Shown piece after piece: positions 46,035 to 55,103 of a DNA stretch of 64,000 nt (its first letter is position 1; the number at the start of each line of letters is the position of its first letter). Both the position numbers and the translations under genes were made by a program. A model generated the notes under the pieces. The model saw only the letters and a program-made list of their open reading frames with translations. It did not search any database and was not told the DNA's origin. The DNA comes from Alphaproteobacteria bacterium (lineage in GTDB: Bacteria; Pseudomonadota; Alphaproteobacteria; Rs-D84). The stretch lies in contig WRCO01000002.1 in the NCBI GenBank assembly GCA_009783855.1, positions 25,038-89,037 on the forward strand. The letters run 5' to 3'.

Positions 46035-46706
46035 TTACAACTTCACAATTCCATTCGTTGCGAACAGCTGTCCGTTTTCTTCGTATATTTTTCCGCCGGA
46101 TTCAAGCACCATCAATTCTCCGGCGCAAAGCTCCGCGTAATTCAAAGGGTCGCTTATAAACGCGTCAAACTTTCCCGTTGCAACAAACGCCAAATCAAGC
46201 GCCGCACAGCCGGTCGCACGCTTCGCGCCGGTATTCGGTATCCGGTATTCGGTATTCGAATAACCGATGGTAAGGTCCGCCGGATCGGACAGTTTCGACA
46301 CGCGGTGGCGGTTGGAATGGAACGCACTGAAAATAAAACATCCCGCGTCTTTTTCCGCGTAATACAATTTATCCGCAATCGGCGCGTATGTAAGGCCTGC
46401 GCGCGCCTCGCCGTTCACGCGAAGCGCAAGCGTTATCGCAAAATGTGAATTGCCGCGCACGAAATTCTCGGCGCCCGAAAACGCCAAAACAAATTCGGAA
46501 ATCCCGTCGCCGTCCGTCGACATGTTCGGAGTCAATACGCCCGCAGTCGGCCGCACAAGCGTCAAATCCGACAGAATCATTTGTTCGATTCTTTGTTCGG
46601 CCCTGCGCACAAAATCGCGCGCGCCGGGCAATGATTGCTGAAGCTGTTCCACCTCTCCGAAATCGCGGCGGATACCCGTCGCCGTCCGCGACAATGCCGC
46701 AAACAT
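46035..46706 (-). pseudogene. inositol monophosphatase (SuhB) family, degenerate and N-terminally truncated
   Basis: C-terminal AALDLAFVATGKFDAFI motif is present. The catalytic DPxDGT is replaced by FSGAENF. A family D 52-bp repeat lies upstream (46756-46808). Confidence 0.4.
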
Positions 46707-46807
46707 CTGATTTAATTCCGAAGAGCCTTTTAAGAGGTTTTCTGTTCTTTCCAATTCCGGGTCCTTTCCAGATTCCGGACAATTGCTTCGCAATTTCCGG
46801 AATGACA

Positions 46808-47017
46808 CTAAAACTTGAAGCCGTCGAATTTCTTTTTGAACTTGTCCGCCTGCTGGCCTTTGTCCACGGACTGTTTCTGGCCGGTCCATGCGGTGTGGTT
46901 AAGGTTGTCGACGGACAAAACCTGGTCCTTTTTAACGCTTGAATACATTTTCACGGTCTTGCCGTCGGTCATCGTCACGTTGATTTCGTGATACGCCGGA
47001 TGAATGTTTTTTTTCAT
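46808..47017 (-). CDS. rpmE: 50S ribosomal protein L31 (type B, non-zinc)
   Basis: MKKNIHPAYHEINVTMTDGKTV... Confidence 0.8.
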   Translation of the reverse strand: MKKNIHPAYHEINVTMTDGKTVKMYSSVKKDQVLSVDNLNHTAWTGQKQSVDKGQQADKFKKKFDGFKF

Positions 47018-47118
47018 AATATTTGCCTTTTTATTTTGCAATGGCCCGCCTTCACTTCGTTATGGCGCGGCACTCAAATTTCTTAAGATTTTGCGCGGCA
47101 AAATTTAACGAAATTCGG

Positions 47119-47192
47119 TGGTTGGGGCGCAGGGACTCGAACCCCGATAAACAGAACCAAAATCTGTTGTCCTACCATTAGACGACACCCCA
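47119..47192 (-). tRNA. tRNA-Gln (anticodon TTG)
   Basis: Reverse complement: tggggtgtcgtctaatggtaggacaacagattttggttctgtttatcggggttcgagtccctgcgccccaacca. Anticodon loop ttTTGgt, T-arm GGTTCGAGTCC, CCA encoded. Confidence 0.8.
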
Positions 47193-47254
47193 GTGTCTGC
47201 AATGCCGGAAGATTATACACGCGAATTGATGAAAATCAAGGGGATAGTTGCGGA

Positions 47255-47797
47255 TTAATACCCGCCGATACAGCCAAGATATGAATTGCCCGTGCCCTCG
47301 ACAAGTGATATGAATTTCTTTTTATTCCGACCGGAAAAAAGTCCCAAAATAGTCCCCGCATCCGTCGCAAGCATATCAAGCGACAACGCAACGCCCGTAT
47401 TCATCTTTTTGAAAAACGAACTTGACGGATGGATTTCGGCCGTAAATAAACGTGAGCCGTCGCGCTTGTGCGCGCCGAGGCTTTGGGCGCGGGATGATTT
47501 TCCTATGACCATTAAATGACAATCCGCGGAAAGGATGATTTTGCCCGTGACTTTTACGTCTTCGTTGCCAAGAAGGCCGCCCCACCAGCCGACGGAATCC
47601 ACAAACACTGGGATATAAAGTTCCGCATCGGGGTTTGTTGCGAAAAAATCCGAAATATCCGGCTCTGTATGAATGACGCGCGGCATCTGGCCGGTCGCTG
47701 CGAAAATCTCTTTGCGCGCGGCGGCATAGAGCGAATCGCCCCGTGTACGCTTCGTGCCGTAAAAAAGTACCGGGTATGCAGTCGATTCGGGCTTCAT
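47255..47797 (-). CDS. hypothetical protein (180 aa)
   Basis: Intact ORF. No motif recognised. Confidence 0.3.
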   Translation of the reverse strand: MKPESTAYPVLFYGTKRTRGDSLYAAARKEIFAATGQMPRVIHTEPDISDFFATNPDAELYIPVFVDSVGWWGGLLGNEDVKVTGKIILSADCHLMVIGKSSRAQSLGAHKRDGSRLFTAEIHPSSSFFKKMNTGVALSLDMLATDAGTILGLFSGRNKKKFISLVEGTGNSYLGCIGGY

Positions 47798-47816
47798 TTC
47801 AAGGGATTATATCATA

Positions 47817-48036
47817 ATTAGTGGCTGGTGGCTAGTGATTAGTGGTTGGTGGTTTGTGGCTTGTGCCGGTGACTGGTACGGTTGTCTGATATATTAGACA
47901 ATCATTAATTAACGCATAAATTAAAGGCTGTCCACTATAGTGGACAGCCTTTAATTACAGGCCATTAATACGAACCACCGGCACGAGTCACGAGCACGAA
48001 TCGCCAGCACAAGCCACAAGCACAAGTCACCGGCCA
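47817..48036. repeat. largest family A composite palindromic repeat (~220 bp) with central perfect palindrome ggctgtccactatagtggacagcc
   Basis: Left arm tggtggctagtgattagtggttggtggtttgtggcttgtgccggtgactgg. Right arm cgaaccaccggcacgagtcacgagcacgaatcgccagcacaagccacaagcacaagtcaccgg. Confidence 0.7.
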
Positions 48037-48040
48037 TCAA

Positions 48041-49366
48041 TCACTTCTGAAGGCCCGCGTATGTTTTTTTGACGCCGCTCCAAAGGCCTTTGCCCTGCTC
48101 CTTTGCCTTGTTATAATATTCTTCGGGCACCTTTATACCCTTGAACAGGTTGTTTATTATCGCCGGAATCGACGTCATGAAAAATCCGATAAACAAACCC
48201 GCCATGATTATTGTAACCAGGCTTGTATTCTGAAGCGTAAGACCGTCCATAAGATACCGCGAATCATTGTTCTCCAACGCCGTTTGCAGCAAATCCGAAC
48301 CCTGGAACTCTCCGAACATCGCATTCAAAAACATCACCGCAAACACGACAAGGACGGCGACCGCAACAATGCCAACCGTATTCTTGACAAGGTCGTCTAT
48401 CATACCCTTAATCTTTTCGCCTTTGGCGCCCGGCATGACTTTCCAATCGCTGAACACCCAGCCCAAAAGAAACAGCGGAAGCATTATCAAATCCAACGAA
48501 ATCCGCATAATCGTTTCAAGAAAATACATCGGAATCGGAAGCAGCGCCATAAAAAACAAAAATATGATTATCGCACCCGCCGCAATAAGACCCATGTTCG
48601 GAAATATCGGTATATCCCACAAAAATGTGTGCATATAACGCACATCGAACGCAGAATTAAGCAGTGTCCAGCCGACAGTCATGCCAAGCCCCGTCATCTT
48701 GTGAATCCCGCCCAATTGACAGGTCAGATTATGCCGAAGCCTTGGCGAAAATATCCCGTCCGGCGAACCTGTGCTGCCTTCGGCGATTGCGGTTGCGATG
48801 ATGCAGGCTTCGAACGCATGCCTGTTTCCTTCGTCGGCAAACCTGTCCGCCGCGCCGCGGCCAAGCGACAGGCCGGTGTTGAATACAGGCTCTATCAGCG
48901 CGCCGCCGATAATCTTTGGAAGCGGCGCCAAAAGCAGCGCGCTGACAAATATAAGCTTTACAAGCAGAATACCGAATTTCTCGGCAAGCGTCCACGCGCC
49001 GCCTTCTTTTTTCATATCAACCTCGGCGCCTTTTGCGCCTATCCAGCTTGAAATGACGGTCCATGCGACCCAAACCGCCGCAAGCCCAAGCGATATCGGA
49101 ATCACGGCAAGCCCGACAGCCCTGTATATCCTTGGCACAAAGTCGGAAAGCGACGCGACAACGCCGCCGAACATGCCGCATGTCCAACAGCTTGAAAAGA
49201 ATGTAAGCGCGCCCGACATATCAACCGGCGCAAAAGACCTGTATATCGAAAATCCGATGATGCCGCCCCCAGCGGCGATGCCGCCGATGGCAAGCATCGA
49301 AATCGCCGACGCCGATAACGGAAACAGCGCAAGAAATGCGGGAAAAAGTTTTTTTAATTTATCCAC
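48041..49366 (-). CDS. polytopic membrane protein, paralog P1 of a 5-gene family (signal peptide; CWTCGMF motif)
   Basis: 441 aa, at least 8 TM. SSCWTCGMFGG. C-terminal tail KKTYAGLQK is shared with P2 and P5. Divergent from P2. Confidence 0.4.
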   Translation of the reverse strand: MDKLKKLFPAFLALFPLSASAISMLAIGGIAAGGGIIGFSIYRSFAPVDMSGALTFFSSCWTCGMFGGVVASLSDFVPRIYRAVGLAVIPISLGLAAVWVAWTVISSWIGAKGAEVDMKKEGGAWTLAEKFGILLVKLIFVSALLLAPLPKIIGGALIEPVFNTGLSLGRGAADRFADEGNRHAFEACIIATAIAEGSTGSPDGIFSPRLRHNLTCQLGGIHKMTGLGMTVGWTLLNSAFDVRYMHTFLWDIPIFPNMGLIAAGAIIIFLFFMALLPIPMYFLETIMRISLDLIMLPLFLLGWVFSDWKVMPGAKGEKIKGMIDDLVKNTVGIVAVAVLVVFAVMFLNAMFGEFQGSDLLQTALENNDSRYLMDGLTLQNTSLVTIIMAGLFIGFFMTSIPAIINNLFKGIKVPEEYYNKAKEQGKGLWSGVKKTYAGLQK

Positions 49367-49413
49367 AAATCCCCCGGAATTTGCTTTGCATTATACCATA
49401 AATCTTTCCTATA

Positions 49414-50718
49414 ATGGCGAAGATTATGAGAGGGTTCTTTCTTTTTGCCGGCTTGCTTTTGCTGCCGCTGCCTCTGGCGGCCGCAGGAATCGTCGACGCG
49501 CTTTCGCTTGCGGGGTTTGTCCCGCTTGTCCTTGACGCGATGATGACCGTCGCCATGACCGGATACGAATTTTTTGTCGGCGACGGATTCGGCATCATAT
49601 ATATTCTTGTCTGGGGCTGGCTTGGCATTACTGTCGGTCTTTATCTTGTCCGGATGTATCTTCCTTCGAAATGGCTTGGCATGTTCGGCGTTCAGGGCGA
49701 CGACAGGCTTGCCAAAGGCGAGCTTTCCGGAATGCAAATCGGCGAAGATTTGTTAAAGCCCGGCATACGCGCAATCTTCGCGGTCTTGGTTCTTTTGCAA
49801 GTCCGGCCGCAGTATATAACAACCTTTATCGTGGACCCGTTCCTTCGTTTCGGCGCGATATACACCGACAGCATTTATCGCGAAGTTTCCCAAGGAAACA
49901 CAATGTTCGGCGCGCCCCCGGTCGTAAAGTGTCCGGAAGGGTTGCTTATGAACATAGAAAGGACAAGAGGATATATTTCCGAAGCCGGGTGCAACTTTCT
50001 TATCCAGCCGGTCGCGCAGATAACGCACGCCAACAACTTTATCATAAAGCGCGGATTCCGGATGTTGACCAGCGGCATCGGGGGGCTTATGACGCTTATC
50101 CCGCGCGGCGGGGAAAATTTCATGAATATCATAACGGGATTCCTGTTGATTACCACGTTCGTATCAAGCAACTTTTTCATGGCGCTTCTTGTCATCCAGG
50201 GGATATTCACGTTCGGAATGACGCTTGTGCTTTATCCTTTCAAAGTGCTTAAATACGTCGCAAAGCCGGCGGACGGCAAGGCGTGGTTCGACCCGTGGGA
50301 CGCTTTTTCCGATATTATCCCCGCGCTTCGCAATCTTGTCATCACCATGATTGCGTCCATGTTCATTATGCTTATCAATATCGCCATAGTGCGCGCGCTG
50401 TTCAATTGGAACGAAAGCATGTTCGTCGAAGTGGCGGGCGGAACCGCGACCGCCAACGTGCCGACGGCGGCGGCACAGGGCGCCATGGGATTCGGTCATC
50501 ATTCCGTGACGTGGCTTTCCGCGATATTGACGTTCTATCTTATGCTTCGCATTTTTCAGATGACGCGCGAAAAGCTTGCCGAATATACGTCCGGAACGCC
50601 GTCGACGCTGTATGACAAAGCGAAATCCGACGCGCAATCGTTCGTGGGCGGAACAAAAAAATATTCGGCCGGAACGTGGGATGCGTTCAAATGGGTGAAA
50701 AACAAGGTTGGTAAATAA
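49414..50718 (+). CDS. polytopic membrane protein, paralog P2
   Basis: 434 aa. Signal-like N-terminus. C-terminus GGTKKYSAGTWDAFKW. First gene of a translationally coupled P2-P5 operon. Confidence 0.4.
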   Translation: MAKIMRGFFLFAGLLLLPLPLAAAGIVDALSLAGFVPLVLDAMMTVAMTGYEFFVGDGFGIIYILVWGWLGITVGLYLVRMYLPSKWLGMFGVQGDDRLAKGELSGMQIGEDLLKPGIRAIFAVLVLLQVRPQYITTFIVDPFLRFGAIYTDSIYREVSQGNTMFGAPPVVKCPEGLLMNIERTRGYISEAGCNFLIQPVAQITHANNFIIKRGFRMLTSGIGGLMTLIPRGGENFMNIITGFLLITTFVSSNFFMALLVIQGIFTFGMTLVLYPFKVLKYVAKPADGKAWFDPWDAFSDIIPALRNLVITMIASMFIMLINIAIVRALFNWNESMFVEVAGGTATANVPTAAAQGAMGFGHHSVTWLSAILTFYLMLRIFQMTREKLAEYTSGTPSTLYDKAKSDAQSFVGGTKKYSAGTWDAFKWVKNKVGK

Positions 50719-50720
50719 TA

Positions 50721-51920
50721 ATGATGTGGCTTGAACCTCTTGTCGACCGTACGGCGCAGTGTTGGGGATGCGGCGTGTTTGACATGCTGTTTTCGGTCGT
50801 GTCGGTCGCCGCCGCCGGCATGTACGGCGCCATGACGACGATTGCCGTCGCGTTGCTTGCCGTGTTTATCGCGTTCTATGTCCTTTGGTCGGTGTGGCAG
50901 AACCTGTACGGCGATGCGAAAGAGCCCATATATAAAAAATATTTTCACCCGGTGCTTGTAAATTCATTAATCGTGCTTGCGCTGTTGTCTTTGGGCGTGG
51001 TGTTCCCGCGCATGATAACAACGATGACCATAGAGCCCATAGCGCGGGTGACGCTTGTCTATTCCGAAAGCATGCTTAACAAAACAACACAACAGGTCGA
51101 TTTACAGGTCCCATATACGCCAAAGGAAATGCCGGAAGACGGGTTTTACCGGCCGGAGCTTCGCGATACCATAATCAGCCTTGTCAAAACTTCCACCACA
51201 CAATTCCAGGCGATGATGACCATGGGGCTTCTTGTCGTCGACCGGTCGTTTTCATGGTCGGCCCTTAACGGAATCGGCGCGATGGTGAAACATTTCGTCA
51301 TGCTTATCATGGGGCTTACGATTGTTTGGAATTTTTTCAAGCTGTTCGTAAAATTCTGTCTGTATTTTGTCGACGTCATCATCAACCTTTCTTTGTTCGC
51401 GTTCTTCTTTCCCCTGGGCCTTGTGTTCTTTGTGCTCAAGAATTCCGAAAGCGAAGGCTGGGTGAAAAAAATCGGGGAAAACATCGCGCCCGGAATGCTT
51501 AACAAGCTTATCGGGTCCATTGTCACGCTTGCGACGGTTGTCATCACGTACACCGTCATCCTTGTGCTTATGGCGCGGTTCTTTTCGGGTGATTCCGAAG
51601 GCGGCGCGGAGCTTGCGCGCGCGATAATGTCCAACGACCCGACCAACGATTTGTTTTCGGGTGCGATTGCCGAAGACAACCTTGCCGCGATGACTCTTGG
51701 GGGCATCGTCGTGCTTGTGTTCGTCATCCGGTTCCTTGCCGGTCAGATAGACGAAGTTGCAAAGATGATTACGCAATCGTTCAACATAGAGGTTCAAAAA
51801 CCCGAAGTCGGGGAAAAGTTGGGCGAAAGCGTGCTTGCGGTCGGCGAAAAAACCAAAGGGTTCGCGTGGGAGGAAGCAAAGCTTGGGCTTGGCATAGGAG
51901 AGGATAAAAACAAAACATAA
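50721..51920 (+). CDS. polytopic membrane protein, paralog P3 (QCWGCGVFD motif)
   Basis: 399 aa. Start 3 nt after the P2 stop. Confidence 0.4.
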   Translation: MMWLEPLVDRTAQCWGCGVFDMLFSVVSVAAAGMYGAMTTIAVALLAVFIAFYVLWSVWQNLYGDAKEPIYKKYFHPVLVNSLIVLALLSLGVVFPRMITTMTIEPIARVTLVYSESMLNKTTQQVDLQVPYTPKEMPEDGFYRPELRDTIISLVKTSTTQFQAMMTMGLLVVDRSFSWSALNGIGAMVKHFVMLIMGLTIVWNFFKLFVKFCLYFVDVIINLSLFAFFFPLGLVFFVLKNSESEGWVKKIGENIAPGMLNKLIGSIVTLATVVITYTVILVLMARFFSGDSEGGAELARAIMSNDPTNDLFSGAIAEDNLAAMTLGGIVVLVFVIRFLAGQIDEVAKMITQSFNIEVQKPEVGEKLGESVLAVGEKTKGFAWEEAKLGLGIGEDKNKT

Positions 51921-53434
51921 TGTGGAAAGCGGCGCTTATCTTTACCGCCATAAGGCTGATTATCGGAATCGCGGTTATCGGCGTCGCTGTTTCGTATATG
52001 TCGCGGTCCATAGACGGCGTGGTTGTGTCGTACGTAAGCCTTGATTCGTTTCTTCGCGCCATCGGTGCGTGCGACGCGTATGGCAATTGCGACATCGCGT
52101 ATACAAGCGGGTGTTTCCTTTGCAAATATGTCGAACAATTGTTCTTTATAATCGGTGACGCGGCGTATGCCTTTTGGGATGCGTTAATCGGGAATATATG
52201 GATTCTGATGTCGGTTGGGTTTGTGATATTCCTGTTCCATCACAGTTATAAACACATAAGGGATGCGAACGCCGCGGCCGCGACACAGCATGCCCAGGAA
52301 AAGAAATTTGATTTCAAGGCGTGGTTCGACCCGGTTTGGAAATTGGGCGTGCGGGTGTTTGTTGTCGGCGCGCTTCTTGGCGTTGTGGGATACGGCGGCG
52401 CGCCGGTGGTAAAAACGGTCGCCGATGTAACAATAACGCCCGTGATGTTTATAGGGTCAAGCCTTGCCACCGTGGCAACGGGGATAAGCGATACCGCGGC
52501 GTGCGGAAGCGGCCGCGGCATAGAACGGGAAGGCACCGACATACTTGGGCCGGCGCTTCAACCGTTTATGTGCGTGATTGGGAATCTGAATGCGGTCGTG
52601 CTTGCCGGGGCGGCGGGCGGGTTTGCGCTTATGAATTACACCGCGCTTGGGATTGGAGGCGGGCTTTGGACATGGGTCGCGGGGCTTGGCATTGTCATTA
52701 TGTTCATGTTCATCGGGTTCAATATATTCTTCAAGATATTAAGCGTCGTGTTCCAATTGGTGTTTTTAATCATATTCCTTCCCCTGTTTATGGCGGCGTG
52801 GGCGTATGAAAAGGAATGGACGCTTATGGCGGGCTCTGTGTCCAACGCAATCGGAATGCTTGCCAAATGCGCGGTCCGGATTATTGCGATAACGCTTCAG
52901 ATTTTAATCTTTTACGGCATGGTGCAGTTTGTCGCAATCGAATTCTTTCCGGGGACGGATGAATCGCGGGCGGCGGGATATACCGTGCTGTTGCCGGCTG
53001 GAATACTTGATAACCAAGGCATGGGAGCCCAGGGACCGACAGACAGGCAAACGGCGTCGGTTATGGAAGTATTTTCAAGATGCGAAGCGGTCGGCACCGC
53101 GGACGGAGTAATGAATAAAAACGCGTTCCGCGATTGTTTCAGGGCGGAAAGGGCCAAAGTGGAGGCAATATATCCCGGAGCGTTCGATTTCATGAGGCAA
53201 GGCTGGTCGTTCCTTTGGATGATGATAGGATTGATATTCGTTTATTTCTTTGCCGTGATGAAAAAGGTTGAAGATATGCTGCTTGGCGGGAAAGACAATA
53301 CCGGCGATGATTTATTCGGGTCCGGCGGCGGAACTCCGTTTGAATACGGAAGCCATGTCCGGCAATTCGGTATGAGCATATGGGGCGTGCAAAAGGGAAT
53401 AGTTAACAAGATAGAGGGAATATTCAAACCTTGA
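51920..53434 (+). CDS. polytopic membrane protein, paralog P4 (GCFLCKYV motif)
   Basis: 504 aa. TAATG overlap with P3. Confidence 0.4.
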   Translation: MWKAALIFTAIRLIIGIAVIGVAVSYMSRSIDGVVVSYVSLDSFLRAIGACDAYGNCDIAYTSGCFLCKYVEQLFFIIGDAAYAFWDALIGNIWILMSVGFVIFLFHHSYKHIRDANAAAATQHAQEKKFDFKAWFDPVWKLGVRVFVVGALLGVVGYGGAPVVKTVADVTITPVMFIGSSLATVATGISDTAACGSGRGIEREGTDILGPALQPFMCVIGNLNAVVLAGAAGGFALMNYTALGIGGGLWTWVAGLGIVIMFMFIGFNIFFKILSVVFQLVFLIIFLPLFMAAWAYEKEWTLMAGSVSNAIGMLAKCAVRIIAITLQILIFYGMVQFVAIEFFPGTDESRAAGYTVLLPAGILDNQGMGAQGPTDRQTASVMEVFSRCEAVGTADGVMNKNAFRDCFRAERAKVEAIYPGAFDFMRQGWSFLWMMIGLIFVYFFAVMKKVEDMLLGGKDNTGDDLFGSGGGTPFEYGSHVRQFGMSIWGVQKGIVNKIEGIFKP

Positions 53435-53439
53435 TAGAA

Positions 53440-53530
53440 CATGGATGGAGCACAGATAAGTGTCGAGATTAAAAAGATATTTTACGGATATTAAAAAAGC
53501 ATCTATGCTCTGTGCTCTGTGCTCTGTGCT
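53440..53530 (+). promoter_or_regulatory. conserved 5' cassette E4 plus (CTGTGCT)x4 heptamer tract
   Basis: cacagataagtgtcgagattaaaaagatattttacggatattaaaaaagcatctatgctctgtgctctgtgctctgtgctc. Confidence 0.7.
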
Positions 53531-54932
53531 CTTTTGCGGCTTTGCCGCAGATGCCGCGCCGGTAAGCAATATTCCGGGCGCCATTGCCGAATACGGCCAT
53601 TGGAATACAGATGAAACCCTTCGCCCCATGGTCGACGGAATCCGCAGTGATATAGCCGCGTTCGAAGCCGGGTTCGCAGAACAAGTATTTACCCAAGGTG
53701 ACCAGTTCGTGCCGCCCGAGGCGAAAATCGGACTTGCCATGATTAACGCGTTCACGATGGTCGCGCAATCAATCGACCGGACGCTTGGAAGTTTTGTCAT
53801 CGCGCTTCTTGTCGTTCTGTTCGCGTTCTGGGTGATGATGGAAACGTACCAGGTTATGAAGACCGGCGGCAATATAAGAGAACTTGCAATGAAAATCGTG
53901 CGCAAGGGTTTGTGGATTGCCGTATGGATTATCATACTGGCGTTCGGGCCCGCGCGATTATTCATGATGGTCGCAAGCCCGGTTATACAGGCGGGTATAA
54001 TCATGTCCGACCTTATACTTGATACCATGACCGAAGTCGCGGGCCTGCATCTTCTTGACACATGCGGCGCGATAAGGGGGTATGTCGCGGAAAGGCATAC
54101 GGGCGCCGGGCTTTTCAATGCGGAAGCCACGGCAGATATGCTTTGCATCCCGACAAGGCTTTCCGGATTCTTTTACACGTGCGTCGCGGCGGGATGGAAA
54201 TGGGTGGCGGCGGGCGCCGGAAATGTCTGGGCGGCGGGAACAACCGCGGTGGCGGGCGGGGTCGGCGGCGCCCTTCTTGGCGGCGGAGTGGCCGGGACGC
54301 TTGCCGGAGCCGGCGTCGGCGCCCTGACCGGCGGCGCGATAAGCGGCGGCAACATGCTTACATTCATCATGGGCCTTATATTTATCGCCATATTCGCGCG
54401 CAATATCTGGCTTTTCGCAATCGAAGCGCTTGGTGTTGTGGCAAGTCTTTTCCTTGCCGTCATGTTCTTGCCGTTCACCGCCGTCGCGGAATGTTTCGGG
54501 GGCGGCGAGACAAGCCTTAAAGACCGGGGGATATTCACGGAATTCTTCAAAATGCTTGCCAATATGGTCGGCGGCGGAAAATTGAAATTCCGCGGCCAGC
54601 TTCAGACATTCATAAACGCCGCGATTTATTTTGTGGCCTTGTCCGTTGTGTCTGCCATCGGGCTTGCCCTTCTTGCACAGGTCATCGGACCAAGTCCCGC
54701 GGATTTTGCGGACTCCGTCCCGACGGCGGAAAACAGCACAAGTTTCATGATGGTGCTTGTCGTCGGAATGCTTGTGTCGCATCTTGCCAAAAAGGCGGGC
54801 GATATTGCAAAAGACCTTGGCGGGTCCATAGATGCCGAATTTGGGAAACGGCTTGACGCACAGGCGCAATCTTTACGCGGCTGGGCGGTAGGCAGCGCAA
54901 AGAAATGGTACGGGGTGTTTAAGGGGAAATGA
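53460..54932 (+). CDS. polytopic membrane protein, paralog P5 (cassette-type leader; Gly-rich GxxxG segment)
   Basis: 490 aa. Signal MLCALCSVLFCGFAADA. AGTTAVAGGVGGALLGGGVAGTLAGAGVGALTGG. C-terminus AKKWYGVFKGK. Confidence 0.4.
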   Translation: MSRLKRYFTDIKKASMLCALCSVLFCGFAADAAPVSNIPGAIAEYGHWNTDETLRPMVDGIRSDIAAFEAGFAEQVFTQGDQFVPPEAKIGLAMINAFTMVAQSIDRTLGSFVIALLVVLFAFWVMMETYQVMKTGGNIRELAMKIVRKGLWIAVWIIILAFGPARLFMMVASPVIQAGIIMSDLILDTMTEVAGLHLLDTCGAIRGYVAERHTGAGLFNAEATADMLCIPTRLSGFFYTCVAAGWKWVAAGAGNVWAAGTTAVAGGVGGALLGGGVAGTLAGAGVGALTGGAISGGNMLTFIMGLIFIAIFARNIWLFAIEALGVVASLFLAVMFLPFTAVAECFGGGETSLKDRGIFTEFFKMLANMVGGGKLKFRGQLQTFINAAIYFVALSVVSAIGLALLAQVIGPSPADFADSVPTAENSTSFMMVLVVGMLVSHLAKKAGDIAKDLGGSIDAEFGKRLDAQAQSLRGWAVGSAKKWYGVFKGK

Positions 54933-55103
54933 TAAGAATGTGGGGGCAGATATCATTTGCCCCGAATAATTCCAACAAATTCATAATTTATTATGTGTCG
55001 ACACCTTGTGGGGCAAATGATATTTGCCCCTATATTTAAGCGTTAACAGTTCGCTATTCGCCAAATTTATGATATAATAAATTGATACAAAAAAGGACTT
55101 ACC

